A stretch of 27,649 nt of DNA from positions 1-27,649 of IMG/VR virus record IMGVR_UViG_3300034069_002149; one strand, given 5' to 3'. This DNA is from a virus. The notes under the pieces were generated by a model that was given only the letters and a program-made list of their open reading frames with translations, had not been told where the DNA came from and ran no database searches. Position numbers and translations under genes: made by a program. Positions 8,248 through 17,176 of this stretch are shown in pieces (position 1 is the stretch's first letter; each line of letters opens with the position of its first letter).

Positions 8248-8280
8248 CACCGTGGAGCCGGTCCAGCCGGTTCCCGGTGC
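8248..8280 (+). terminator. Strong hairpin downstream of the 730-aa gene
   Basis: GCACCG-t-GGAGCCGG-tccag-CCGGTTCC-CGGTGC with a weak U-tract. Confidence 0.45.
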
Positions 8281-8434
8281 CTTACCTGCCGGGACTATCC
8301 TAGTTTGGCTGTGTGGAGATTTTGATACGGTATCTATGTCGAATGCCATAACGCCACTGGGCAGGTGTCCGAGCCATCCTCAAAGGGGCATTGTGTGACC
8401 GCACTTCGCACAAACTGCTCATCAGAGGACGGCA

Positions 8435-9622
8435 ATGGCGAGCTTTACGCCCGACTTAGAAAACAAGAACCCGACAAACGGCGATGATGTCCTGTTCGGC
8501 AGCAGCGGCTACGACCAGATCTTCGGCAAGAACGGCGCGGACAATATCAGCGGCCTCGGCGGCAACGACGAACTGTATGGAGAGTCGCAGGACGATACAC
8601 TGAGCGGCGGCACCGGTGACGACTTCATTCACGGCGGCAGCGGCGACGACACGCTGCGCGGTGATGATGGCAACGACACCCTCGACGGCAGCACCAATGA
8701 CGACTTCCTGTACGGCGGCGGTGAGGATGACTACCTAACTGGCGGACAGGGTAGGGATCATCTGTTCGGAGGTGGTGAGAACGACATCATCGTCTGGGCC
8801 AACGGTGATGGCAACGACGTGGTTGATGGCGGCTCCGGCAGTGACACGCTAAGCCTGGAAACCGCCGACGAGTTCGGCGGAAGCTCGTTCACGGGAGAGC
8901 GCTTCCTGCTCAACCGGGACGGCGTCGATGCCATCTTCCAGCGGACCTCGGAGAATCCCTTCAACGTCGTGCTCAGCAGCACGGAGAACATCGAACTCTT
9001 CACGCGCGGCGGGGCAGATACGCTCCAGGTCGAGGACCTGACCGGGACCGGCGTTGAGTCGATCCGGTTGTTTGGCGGAGACGGCTCCGAGCGGGTTGCC
9101 AGTTCCGGCTTCACGCCGCTGACCATCTATGGCGAAGGCGGTAGCGACTTCCTGACCGGTGGCCTCGGGGATGACACAATCTTCGGCGGGGAGCGCGGTG
9201 ACCGCATCGGCGGCGGCGAGGGCAACGATTACCTGGATGGCGGGATCGGTGACGACACCGTGACGGGCGGTGCCGGAAACGACACCATCTACGGCGACGA
9301 GGGCAACGATGGTCTGGTTGGAGGCCCCGGCAATGACGAACTGATCGGCGCGGGAGGTTCTGATCAGTTCAGGTACGATCTGCCGCCGACCGGGGGTGGA
9401 GAGGATATCATCCAGGACTTCTTCGTTGGCGTGGACGACCTCTTCCTTGGTGGCATCACCCAGGCGCAGCTTGATACCAATGGCAACTCGTTGCTGGACG
9501 ATGGGGATGGCCGGGTTTCCTTTATCGACACGGACCTTGTGATCGATTTCGGAGCCAACAACACGCTATCCATCAACGGCGTCAGTTCTCTGGGTATCGG
9601 TACCGACGTCTTCTTCATCTGA
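8435..9622 (+). CDS. RTX (hemolysin-type) calcium-binding repeat protein, probable type I secretion substrate
   Basis: Many GGxGxDxLx nonapeptides in two blocks, very acidic, no signal peptide, C-terminal DVFFI. SD GAGGA. Confidence 0.9.
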   Translation: MASFTPDLENKNPTNGDDVLFGSSGYDQIFGKNGADNISGLGGNDELYGESQDDTLSGGTGDDFIHGGSGDDTLRGDDGNDTLDGSTNDDFLYGGGEDDYLTGGQGRDHLFGGGENDIIVWANGDGNDVVDGGSGSDTLSLETADEFGGSSFTGERFLLNRDGVDAIFQRTSENPFNVVLSSTENIELFTRGGADTLQVEDLTGTGVESIRLFGGDGSERVASSGFTPLTIYGEGGSDFLTGGLGDDTIFGGERGDRIGGGEGNDYLDGGIGDDTVTGGAGNDTIYGDEGNDGLVGGPGNDELIGAGGSDQFRYDLPPTGGGEDIIQDFFVGVDDLFLGGITQAQLDTNGNSLLDDGDGRVSFIDTDLVIDFGANNTLSINGVSSLGIGTDVFFI

Positions 9623-9628
9623 GTAGCG

Positions 9629-9669
9629 CCCGCGCGCCGGAAACGATAACCGGCGCGCGGGTTTCTTCC
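9629..9669 (+). terminator. Rho-independent terminator between convergent genes
   Basis: CCCGCGCGCCGG...CCGGCGCGCGGG 12-bp stem followed by TTTCTT. Confidence 0.75.
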
Positions 9670-9671
9670 TG

Positions 9672-10835
9672 TCAGGCGTCCGCCATTTCCGCGACAGAAA
9701 CGCCTTCCGTGTCGTCATCGGCAAAGGCCATATCCGGCTTCAGCGACCGCTTGGTGTCCCCGATGAACCGGGGGAACGGCTCGTTGCGGCCCCAGCGCAC
9801 AACGTCGATGGACTGCTTCTGGAAATAGGCGTTGAGCGCCTTGATCGTCAGCGCCGCGATCTCGATACGATCCGCACCCTTGCGTGTGGCCTTGGCCTTG
9901 TTCTTGGTGGCGCGGCTGAGAACGTAGACGGCATCTCCTTCCTTCATGTTGAGGCCGCTGCCGAGCTGTTCGAAGAAGGCATGCGCCTTCGCCCGGTCTG
10001 TGCGCAGTGCCAGTGCGGCGGCGAAGCCGAGGACGGCTCCCGGAATTCTGACCTCCCGCATGGCGTTGGCCGAGATCTTGGTCGCTTCGTGGAACAGCTC
10101 GAAGTTCTCAGAGACGGTTTCCAGGACCTGATCGTTGGTCAGCTTGGCCTGAGTCCGCATTCTTCCACTGTGGTAACCGTGCCACAGACGGGCGACAGCG
10201 CTCATCAGGTAGCCGTTCGGGATGTTTGCCATTCCCAGAACGTCTTTGCTGCTGCGCTTTTTGCCGGTGTCAATCGTGGAGAAGGCTTCCGGGGGGACGT
10301 TGAAGCGAAGGTCGGTGACGAACGAGGCTTTCGGCTTCCTGCGGCACGCCAGCAGCAGCGCCACGATCCGGCCCTGTCCGTCGATTACCTGACCGTTAGG
10401 CGTGAAGCGGATCGTGTCTCCGTTCGGCTTCCAAGCGCCTGGGCGAAGAATGTCCGCCATCACGGTCTCGACCTGAGCGTCCGTCAGCTTGCGGTTCTCC
10501 AGGTCCTTGCCCCGAATGCGCTCCGCAATCGCCATGCCGCGCCAGTAGTCGATCTCGACGTTGTGGGCGAACGGCATGTCAGGATTGCAGTGCTCGATCA
10601 GGTCACTGATCCAGATCCGCGCCGCTGCCAGTTCCGGGGGAGCGTCCCGTGAGAAATCCTGGGCGTCCGGCCCAAGACGTTCCAGAAGTGATGGGATCGG
10701 ACTTCTGCTTTTGGAGGCTCCGAGCGTGCCTCTGACTTCAGGTGGATCTGCTTTGACCGGGACGTAGCTGTCGTTCTTGCTCTTGCTCTTGCGCTTGATG
10801 ACCGGTGGGCGATCCTGTTCCTGAGTCGCTGTCAT
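9672..10835 (-). CDS. Phage ParB/Srx-like (DGQHR-type) protein; start uncertain, the frame is open to 10997
   Basis: NRKL...WKPNGDTIRF...VIDGQGRIVA...FSTIDTGKKRS pattern. ATG 10835 follows AAGGGA. Confidence 0.7.
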   Translation of the reverse strand: MTATQEQDRPPVIKRKSKSKNDSYVPVKADPPEVRGTLGASKSRSPIPSLLERLGPDAQDFSRDAPPELAAARIWISDLIEHCNPDMPFAHNVEIDYWRGMAIAERIRGKDLENRKLTDAQVETVMADILRPGAWKPNGDTIRFTPNGQVIDGQGRIVALLLACRRKPKASFVTDLRFNVPPEAFSTIDTGKKRSSKDVLGMANIPNGYLMSAVARLWHGYHSGRMRTQAKLTNDQVLETVSENFELFHEATKISANAMREVRIPGAVLGFAAALALRTDRAKAHAFFEQLGSGLNMKEGDAVYVLSRATKNKAKATRKGADRIEIAALTIKALNAYFQKQSIDVVRWGRNEPFPRFIGDTKRSLKPDMAFADDDTEGVSVAEMADA

Positions 10836-11095
10836 TCTGAATGTCCCTTGATGTGGCTCTGATGGTACGATGTAGGGTCGAACTTGTTTGCCGCGCTCTT
10901 TCAAGCGCCACGGCTTGATGTCGTCCGAACTCCAGATTTTAGACTGCCTTTTGGGCATGGAAGCTGTCATCTCCGTGGAAAAGTTCCAGAAAAGCACTGG
11001 GTCGAATTGCCCTTAACCGGAACTCTTTTCACATACGAGGCAGCAAGAAGCAACACATCTCTCCGAACGAGACCGTCCAAGAGGGTGTCTCGTTG

Positions 11096-12184
11096 TCACC
11101 AAATTCCGAGATTTTCCGCGTCACTCAGGTCACAATCCCAGTCAGAAAGCCACGCCTGTTCGTAGCTGAAATCAGCATCATCGTGGTTCAGTTCTCCCTG
11201 AGCGACAAGCTCCCTCAGTCGCTCCCGGATCTTGGAGAGGCGCGGGTCCTCGCCCTTTCTCTGGGTCTCTGGCTCGAACAGCCCAAGGCTGGTCTGGAAG
11301 TTCCAGCCCGGTTTATCCAGCCGGTTCTTCTGTCCAGAGACCCAGCCTTCCATCACATCCGCCACGAAGCCATTGCTCTTGGAGAATTTGATGTCGCTCT
11401 CCATTGCCTGGAGCGCGAGGTTCTTCTTGTAGGCAATGTCCCTTGCCTTGGAGCCGTAAGCCTGACTGTCGAACGAGGCGATCCTGGGGTGGCCGCGCAA
11501 CGCCTCCGCTCCCTTGGTCTTGACGCCGAACAGGTGCAGCCTGACAGGATCAGGACCCAGCGCCTTGTCGATGGCGTCCACTGTCTCCAGGATTCCCTCG
11601 GGGCCGGAGACCTCCCGCCTGCACATGCTTCCGACCCCCAGCACGCCGAGCTTTCCCAGGTCTGGCGGCATCCTCTCCAGGCAGTAGAGGTAGTCGGCAG
11701 CGGTCCAGCCCTGGAGCACCGGCATCAGCCTGTCCGCGATGTCCTGCCGCTCCGCCTCCCTGCGGCACTCGTGATAGAGGTTGATGGTTCCGGCAATGCG
11801 GTTTCTCACCGCCTCCCGATCCGGAGCCACCTCCTTCTCGACGCACTTGTCCATCGAGGCAAACCAGCGGAATGGATGGGACGCCGCCAATCCGATGTAC
11901 TGCGGCACGGTCCAGGGGAATCCCCGGTACCGCTTCATGCCGACGAACCCGGCGCTGTCCAGGTAGCTGTCCACGCCGTCGAGGTGGCTCAGGTTGGCCG
12001 GGTCGAAGTCGATGAACTCCCGGCGTCCCCAGTCCTGCTGCTTCGTCCAGCGGGCAATCGGCATGGCGTTGGCTGAGATCAGCACCGGCAGGCCCATCTC
12101 CCTGATCCGGTCCAGGATCGGGCCAGGGTAGACCGTGGGCAGGCCGACCATGAACACCGACCCGGCATCACTCATTGTCGGCAC
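11096..12184 (-). CDS. Queuine tRNA-ribosyltransferase (TGT)-fold, DpdA-like candidate DNA base-exchange protein
   Basis: YLDSAGF, ASMDKCVE, MPVLQGW, GVGSMCRR, LHLFGVK and SFDSQAY occur in TGT-barrel order. Confidence 0.75.
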   Translation of the reverse strand: MPTMSDAGSVFMVGLPTVYPGPILDRIREMGLPVLISANAMPIARWTKQQDWGRREFIDFDPANLSHLDGVDSYLDSAGFVGMKRYRGFPWTVPQYIGLAASHPFRWFASMDKCVEKEVAPDREAVRNRIAGTINLYHECRREAERQDIADRLMPVLQGWTAADYLYCLERMPPDLGKLGVLGVGSMCRREVSGPEGILETVDAIDKALGPDPVRLHLFGVKTKGAEALRGHPRIASFDSQAYGSKARDIAYKKNLALQAMESDIKFSKSNGFVADVMEGWVSGQKNRLDKPGWNFQTSLGLFEPETQRKGEDPRLSKIRERLRELVAQGELNHDDADFSYEQAWLSDWDCDLSDAENLGIW

Positions 12185-12473
12185 CGCTCCGCAGCATGAA
12201 GATCACCCCGGCCTCACTCGGTTTCATCACCCGGCAGCGCGCGTAGAGCTTGTCCTTCCAGATCTCGCAGTCGTCCGCCGCTGCCAGTTGTCGCGCCTCC
12301 TCCTCTGACACCGCCGCCACGACGATGGCATTGGCGTTTTCGAAGTGGGTCCAGCCTCCCGGCCAGATGTCTGGGTTGAGATAGTTGCGCTCTAGTCCGT
12401 CTTCGGGTCGTGCGTCTCCCCACCCCGGCAGGGTGAGCGTCCAGACAGTCAGAATGGGATCGTTCTCGTTCAT
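12168..12473 (-). CDS. Hypothetical phage protein
   Basis: Coupled to both neighbours. VVAAVSEEEARQLA motif is common in small phage ORFs. Confidence 0.7.
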   Translation of the reverse strand: MNENDPILTVWTLTLPGWGDARPEDGLERNYLNPDIWPGGWTHFENANAIVVAAVSEEEARQLAAADDCEIWKDKLYARCRVMKPSEAGVIFMLRSGADNE

Positions 12474-12700
12474 GAAGCCCTCCGCTGATTGAGCATTGCT
12501 ATGGCCTCCGCCTTCGCTTCCCGTAAGACAGAGATATCCTGGTCTATCTTGTCGATCAGTTCTGCCAAGGCTTCAACTTCTGTTGCCCCGTAGCCGCACG
12601 GATCGAGGTCCATGTGCAGCTTCTCTGGATAGGCTGAGACGCTGAAGAGCTTCTTCTTGCCATCATCGTCCAGTTTGATGTTGGGCCAGCGGATTTTCAT
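12470..12700 (-). CDS. Hypothetical phage protein
   Basis: SD AGGAGG. GYGATEVEALAEL is a HicB-like N-terminal motif. Confidence 0.7.
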   Translation of the reverse strand: MKIRWPNIKLDDDGKKKLFSVSAYPEKLHMDLDPCGYGATEVEALAELIDKIDQDISVLREAKAEAIAMLNQRRAS

Positions 12701-12712
12701 TGTGTCGTCCTC

Positions 12713-13003
12713 CTAGTCGATGGTCCAGCCATTGCGAAGCATGCCCTCGATGCTGTCGTACATCATCAAGCCACCCTCCCGGAGGTATATCCGAACTGGC
12801 ATGATCTGCTCCCGGATCACGCCGAATTGGTAAGGGGCGATGGTGGTGCCGTAGTCCGTCTCGATGTATCCCATGCGCTTGACCGCGATCATGGAGGCGG
12901 GCCATTTGGAAATATCCGGGATCATCTCCAAGGCAATCTCTGTGCCGACCGGGTCTCTGTCGAAGTACATGTCAACGGGTTCGATAACAGGTGCGGGCAT
13001 CAT
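12713..13003 (-). CDS. Hypothetical phage protein
   Basis: SD AAGGA and ATGA overlap. Confidence 0.7.
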   Translation of the reverse strand: MMPAPVIEPVDMYFDRDPVGTEIALEMIPDISKWPASMIAVKRMGYIETDYGTTIAPYQFGVIREQIMPVRIYLREGGLMMYDSIEGMLRNGWTID

Positions 13004-13266
13004 GTCTGGTCCTTCGTCTCTAGTGCCATGCCGTTATTTGGAAGGTCCGGAGCAGGATCAACCCGCTGATCGGGGTCCTCCCTAACAACAGCGGTAGAGA
13101 AACGGCGCAGCGTGCCCTTGTGCGCTATGGTGGCGAAGGTCCCAGGACGACGCCATGTCACCCAAGAATGCTTTCTGTTCGATGGCATGGTTATCTCTAT
13201 CACGTAGCGGCCAATGCCGTCCTCATCCAGGTAGACTTTTCCGATCTCGATTTCTTGGGGTTTCAA
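13000..13266 (-). CDS. Hypothetical phage protein
   Basis: Probable TTG start at 13266 after GGAG, giving (M)KPQEIEIGKVY. Confidence 0.6.
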   Translation of the reverse strand: MKPQEIEIGKVYLDEDGIGRYVIEITMPSNRKHSWVTWRRPGTFATIAHKGTLRRFSTAVVREDPDQRVDPAPDLPNNGMALETKDQT

Positions 13267-13537
13267 CGCTTTTCTCCATCTCTTCGATGATGCGTTTGCG
13301 ATCATCTTTTGGAAGACGCAGCGCAGCCTCAAGGACTGTGCTGTATGACATCGCCTGAACAACTATGGTCCCGGTTGATAGCTGTTCGGCAGGAACAGGC
13401 AGGTTGCCATCGCGGAACAATTTCCACGCCGTTCTGTAGGTGAGGCCCTGCTGTTTCGCCCACTCAGATAGCTTCATTCTCTAACCCTAGCATGGAATAA
13501 AATAACATGCTATGACATATTTTTCCATATTTATATA
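13223..13537 (-). mobile_element. IS607-like remnant: AT-rich end plus the N-terminal HTH of TnpA, in an 84-aa ORF (13223-13477)
   Basis: MKLSEWAKQQGLTYRTAWKLFRDGNLPVPAEQLSTGTIVV resembles an IS607 TnpA N-terminus. The serine-recombinase YARVS motif and tnpB are absent. CATATTT direct repeats lie upstream. Confidence 0.65.
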
Positions 13538-13566
13538 TTGCATGCACCCGCAGACCATGTCACACT
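13538..13566 (+). promoter_or_regulatory. Sigma70-like promoter, copy of the repeated cassette
   Basis: TTGCAT-N17-CACACT. It contains TGCATGCACCCGCA, also found at 27014-27027 on the minus strand. Confidence 0.6.
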
Positions 13567-13605
13567 CCCACCACTGAGTAAGGCAATCACACAAGGGCAA
13601 ACGTC

Positions 13606-13848
13606 ATGAAGGAAACGGGGCTTTACCTCGAACTAAAAACTGCGGCGCTTGATGTTGATCCTAAAAAAGCGGTTCGTAAAGCTGTGGAAGTCGCCAGCAT
13701 CATAGGGATTTCCGTTCATGTGAAAATCAACAGCGTCTTGGTTTGTGCGTACCCTGAAGATGATGCGGAGCTTTTGGCTTCAGAATGGGAGCTTCGCTGC
13801 TCCACGGATCTTCGAGCCGCTTTTCTTCCGAAAAGGACTGCGCAATGA
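13606..13848 (+). CDS. Hypothetical phage protein
   Basis: First ORF after the promoter, SD AAGGG. Confidence 0.65.
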   Translation: MKETGLYLELKTAALDVDPKKAVRKAVEVASIIGISVHVKINSVLVCAYPEDDAELLASEWELRCSTDLRAAFLPKRTAQ

Positions 13849-14120
13849 GCAAGACATTCAAATTTGCCTTCACGGTTCGCGGTAGTGGGGAATTCCCCCT
13901 CGACATGCTGCGCTATGACAACTGTGTCTCCGCAACGCCGGAAGATCAGAAGAAGATCGACTGGAAATACGGAGATGATCACCCGGAGGAAACCGGCATC
14001 CACTATCGCCGTGAGGTCAGGCTGATATCGACTTTCTACAGGAATAAATTTCAGCGCCCGACCGCTGGGCGGTGGGCAAGTTTTACCTGGGCGATATCCA
14101 AGGTGGAGGGCGACGAATGA
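13845..14120 (+). CDS. Hypothetical phage protein
   Basis: ATGA overlap, SD AAGGA, motif FTVRGSGEFPLDMLRYDNC. Confidence 0.75.
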   Translation: MSKTFKFAFTVRGSGEFPLDMLRYDNCVSATPEDQKKIDWKYGDDHPEETGIHYRREVRLISTFYRNKFQRPTAGRWASFTWAISKVEGDE

Positions 14121-14323
14121 CCAAGTTCGACACAACAAAAACCGTGATGGAATTCACCTGCATGAAGCTGGATGAGTTCAGGGGCGTGCTCGATCAGATA
14201 GAAGCAGCGGGTTACGACCTGGAGGAAGTCTGGATGGCAGGCGGCAACTTTGCCGGTTCTGCACGGCTTGTCGAGATTACTGACTCAAATGGAGAAGTTG
14301 TCTACGACCTGGAGCTTTGCTGA
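14117..14323 (+). CDS. Hypothetical phage protein
   Basis: ATGA overlap and SD GGAGG. Confidence 0.7.
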   Translation: MTKFDTTKTVMEFTCMKLDEFRGVLDQIEAAGYDLEEVWMAGGNFAGSARLVEITDSNGEVVYDLELC

Positions 14324-14324
14324 T

Positions 14325-14606
14325 ATGATGCTGAACATGGCTGCGCCGCGCGACTTTGTGGTTTACGTCCAGTCTCGCGGCTACCGGGCAACGCCGATCA
14401 CTAACTGCATCTCCGCCGTCCAGGATGGAGCGGAACTCACCGTCGTGGGCTATGAGCTTCATGGCCCGAGGCGCGGGCGGGCTATCGTGGAGAAGTCTCC
14501 TGACGGCCTTCTCTCCCTAGATCGTGCCGCGCTGCATTGCGACGGATGGGATTACTCTACCCGCAAGATGATCGAGAAAAGGGAACGCAAATGCGCGCGT
14601 CGTTAA
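14325..14606 (+). CDS. Hypothetical phage protein
   Basis: ATG 1 nt after the upstream stop, SD GGAG. Confidence 0.6.
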   Translation: MMLNMAAPRDFVVYVQSRGYRATPITNCISAVQDGAELTVVGYELHGPRRGRAIVEKSPDGLLSLDRAALHCDGWDYSTRKMIEKRERKCARR

Positions 14607-15127
14607 TGTGTCCGTCCCGGTCCACGCCGTTCGATGCAGATGACGGCGTTACCCTTCTCCAGGAGAAGGTGTTGGACCTGCTCGAAATGGCAGGCATCCC
14701 GACAGAGACCAACGACAAGATCATGGAGATGATCTCTGCGGCAGAGCAGGCTCTTGAGAGCGGCCTTCCCGAAGGCTCGGAGCCGCCAAGCTATGATGAT
14801 CCGGGGCGCATCCTGGTTCGGTATTGGGGAGAACTGGGAGGACCGTATCAAAAGTATGAATGCGAGGTCTTCGACTATGACAGCAACAGCTCTGTCTTCT
14901 ACATTCAAGAAGGCATCGGGTTCGACTATTGGCTTGACCAGCACGCGGAGTTCACAGAACCGGGGCACTACGTCATCGAGGGCATTACGGGGCACTACAG
15001 TCGCGGAGACTACTACGAAGGCTGGGACGCCAACGAGACCTGGGAATTCACCTCCATGAGACCGGCGACCGCTGAGGAAATCAGCAGCGGGGCGCTTTCC
15101 GAAATAGCAGAAGGGAAGGAACCATGA
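14591..15127 (+). CDS. Hypothetical acidic phage protein
   Basis: SD AAGGGA. Coupled to the next gene. Confidence 0.65.
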   Translation: MRASLMCPSRSTPFDADDGVTLLQEKVLDLLEMAGIPTETNDKIMEMISAAEQALESGLPEGSEPPSYDDPGRILVRYWGELGGPYQKYECEVFDYDSNSSVFYIQEGIGFDYWLDQHAEFTEPGHYVIEGITGHYSRGDYYEGWDANETWEFTSMRPATAEEISSGALSEIAEGKEP

Positions 15128-15540
15128 ACCAAGCTGAAATCGTCAAGCTCCTGAAAGACGCCCACCACGACATCAATATGGCATCGCTTCTTCCGGACCC
15201 ATTCCAGATCACGGTTGGTGCTCACGACACCGGCTGCCAGCCTTACATTTGGGCGAGGGCAGAGGGGATGCCGCAGGTCCTCGTCTGGGCGGGGTCCCTC
15301 TGGTACTCCTCCGCCTACGGGTTCAATGATCGGGACAAGACGCTCGGCTATCAGCCAGGGTGTGAATGGGCTGCTCCCGTTCTCGACAAGTTCTTCACCG
15401 ATGTGGCGGAAGCCTATGCCACGGTCAAGGCGAGCCGAGGGCTGGCAGAGGTTCAGAGGCAGTCGTCTGAGCAGCGCCGTTACAACGAGGCGGTGGATTA
15501 CTACAAGTCGCTGGTGGCGGGAAAGGAAAGCCAGTCATGA
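15124..15540 (+). CDS. Hypothetical phage protein
   Basis: ATGA coupling at both ends, SD AAGGA. Confidence 0.7.
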   Translation: MNQAEIVKLLKDAHHDINMASLLPDPFQITVGAHDTGCQPYIWARAEGMPQVLVWAGSLWYSSAYGFNDRDKTLGYQPGCEWAAPVLDKFFTDVAEAYATVKASRGLAEVQRQSSEQRRYNEAVDYYKSLVAGKESQS

Positions 15541-15977
15541 ACATCGTCGTAAAGAGGCTGCCCAACGGCGAGGGGCTGGAGCTTCCGGTCTACGCGACGG
15601 AGCACGCCGCAGGCATGGACTTGCTGGCTGCCGTTGATAAGCCGGTCATCCTGCATCCCGGAGAACCGCTGCTGATCCCGACCGGCATCGCCATCGCCAT
15701 CCCGGAAGGCTTCGAGGCGCAGATCCGTCCCCGATCCGGCTTGGCTCTGAAGCACGGCATCACGGTGCTCAATGCCCCAGGCACGATAGACGCGGATTAC
15801 CGGGCAGAGGTCGGCGTCATCCTGATCAACCACGGGCGCAGGCCGTTCACGATAGAGCGCGGCATGCGGATAGCTCAGATGGTCGTGTCCATCTACGTGC
15901 GTGCGGAACTGGGGTGGGTGACCGAGTTGCCGGAGACCGTTCGCGGCCAGGGCGGGTTCGGCTCTACGGGCCTCTGA
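15537..15977 (+). CDS. dut: dUTP diphosphatase (trimeric dUTPase)
   Basis: All five motifs present: [22 protein letters not shown] and [10 protein letters not shown]. Confidence 0.97.
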   Translation: MNIVVKRLPNGEGLELPVYATEHAAGMDLLAAVDKPVILHPGEPLLIPTGIAIAIPEGFEAQIRPRSGLALKHGITVLNAPGTIDADYRAEVGVILINHGRRPFTIERGMRIAQMVVSIYVRAELGWVTELPETVRGQGGFGSTGL

Positions 15978-16056
15978 AAAAAAAGGCCGTTTCGGCGCGA
16001 GGTGCGAAACGGCCTGAAGTCTAGGGAGGAAACGCGCCGATAAAAGGCGTGTGCAG
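15977..16056 (-). ncRNA. suhB/MmgR-like alphaproteobacterial small RNA with anti-Shine-Dalgarno core (5' end uncertain)
   Basis: Minus strand reads hairpin ACACGCC-ttttatc-GGCGCGT, then TTCCTCCCTAGACTTC, then an 11-bp terminator stem AGGCCGTTTCG/CGAAACGGCCT and a T-run. Confidence 0.7.
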
Positions 16057-16194
16057 CATCGCTGCCGCAGGGCAATACCTATAGACGATCTGCGGTATCC
16101 GCCAGCGGAAAATGACATTCGCATGTCAGCCTTACCATTTTCGCAGTCAAGCGAAAATAGAGTACCAGGAATGGTTCACAACAATCGGAAACAT

Positions 16195-16578
16195 ATGATG
16201 AAAGACCTGTTCTCAATGCTTGAGCCGGACGCCCGATGGGAAACGAAAATTGTTGAAGAGACACAAACAGGCTCGATTGTCGAATGTTCCATTGATGGTG
16301 CTCAATATCGCATCGAACGCCACACGCACAAGAGGGATGCCGACGACAGCGGCAGCGACGAGAGCAGGACCTTCTGGAAGCTGTTCATCCGGGACGCCAA
16401 CAAGTGGCGTCGCATCACCCTGCTCGGGCCGGACGGCAAGGACATTCCAGCGGATCTTCTGTATCGGGCAGAACAGATGCTTCCGTGGGCTGCTGGTGGT
16501 ATGGATAGGTCCCGTGCGATCTCAGAGAAATTGCGCCCTGCCGTGAAGGAGGAAGACGTTGACTCATACACTTTCTGA
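16195..16578 (+). CDS. Hypothetical phage protein (start uncertain)
   Basis: Open frame overlapping the next gene. ATG 16195 was chosen to avoid the sRNA region. Confidence 0.6.
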   Translation: MMKDLFSMLEPDARWETKIVEETQTGSIVECSIDGAQYRIERHTHKRDADDSGSDESRTFWKLFIRDANKWRRITLLGPDGKDIPADLLYRAEQMLPWAAGGMDRSRAISEKLRPAVKEEDVDSYTF

Positions 16579-16879
16579 TCCAGAACATCGCTCCGTCCGC
16601 CAGCGGGCACTGGACGATGCCGCCGAGTGCGTCCTGAGAGATCGCAACGTCACCCACGGCGAGCCGGAGGACAGCTTCCCCGCCGTCGCCAAGGGATGGT
16701 CCGTCCTGATCGGAAAGGAGATCACCCCAGCGCAGGCGTGCTTGATGCTGGCATGGCTCAAGATCGTCCGCGCCAACGGCAATCCAGACCACTGGGATAA
16801 TTTCGTAGACGCCATCGGATATTTTGCCTGCGCAGCCGAGTGCGCAGAGAAGCATAAATCAACGGAGAGGAACCCATGA
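16559..16879 (+). CDS. DUF6378-like phage protein
   Basis: DRNVTHGEPEDSF..VAKGW...LKIVR...DNFVDAIGY pattern. TTG follows AAGGAGG. Confidence 0.8.
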   Translation: MTHTLSDPEHRSVRQRALDDAAECVLRDRNVTHGEPEDSFPAVAKGWSVLIGKEITPAQACLMLAWLKIVRANGNPDHWDNFVDAIGYFACAAECAEKHKSTERNP

Positions 16880-17070
16880 GCGATTACGACCCCTCCCTGT
16901 TCTGGGGCGGTAGTATCAGGTCCAACCGTCCGCGCTTCTGTCGGGAATGCTGCATCTGCAAGAAGGTCATCGAGCACGACGAGGTTTATGACGCATCGCG
17001 CAGCAATCCGGTGCTCTATGCCCATGTCACCTGCCGGGAACAGGTCGAGAAATTAAGCCTTTCGTCATAA
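16876..17070 (+). CDS. Small Cys/His-rich (Zn-finger-like) protein
   Basis: CCICKK...HVTC, ATGA overlap, SD GAGG. Confidence 0.65.
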   Translation: MSDYDPSLFWGGSIRSNRPRFCRECCICKKVIEHDEVYDASRSNPVLYAHVTCREQVEKLSLSS

Positions 17071-17176
17071 TCTTTCGAATGGTAGTAGTATGACGGCGTA
17101 GGTTGCCCCGCCAGTCATATGACTTAGGCTCACGTCAGCGAGATCGAGGCGGCGGTCCCGTTCGGAGGACCGGCTG

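Noticed and set aside
8480-9360. GGCGGC..GACGAC nucleotide repeats as a repeat array or diversity-generating element
   Set aside because: They are fully explained by RTX nonapeptide coding, and no reverse transcriptase is present.
11093-12076. 327-aa plus-strand ORF
   Set aside because: It is antisense to the TGT-like gene, which carries the recognisable motifs.
13223-13477. Active IS607 transposon
   Set aside because: The catalytic serine-recombinase domain and tnpB are absent.
17101-17170. Riboswitch ahead of the beta-helix gene
   Set aside because: Some pairing (CCGCC/GGCGG) is possible, but I could not recognise any aptamer consensus.
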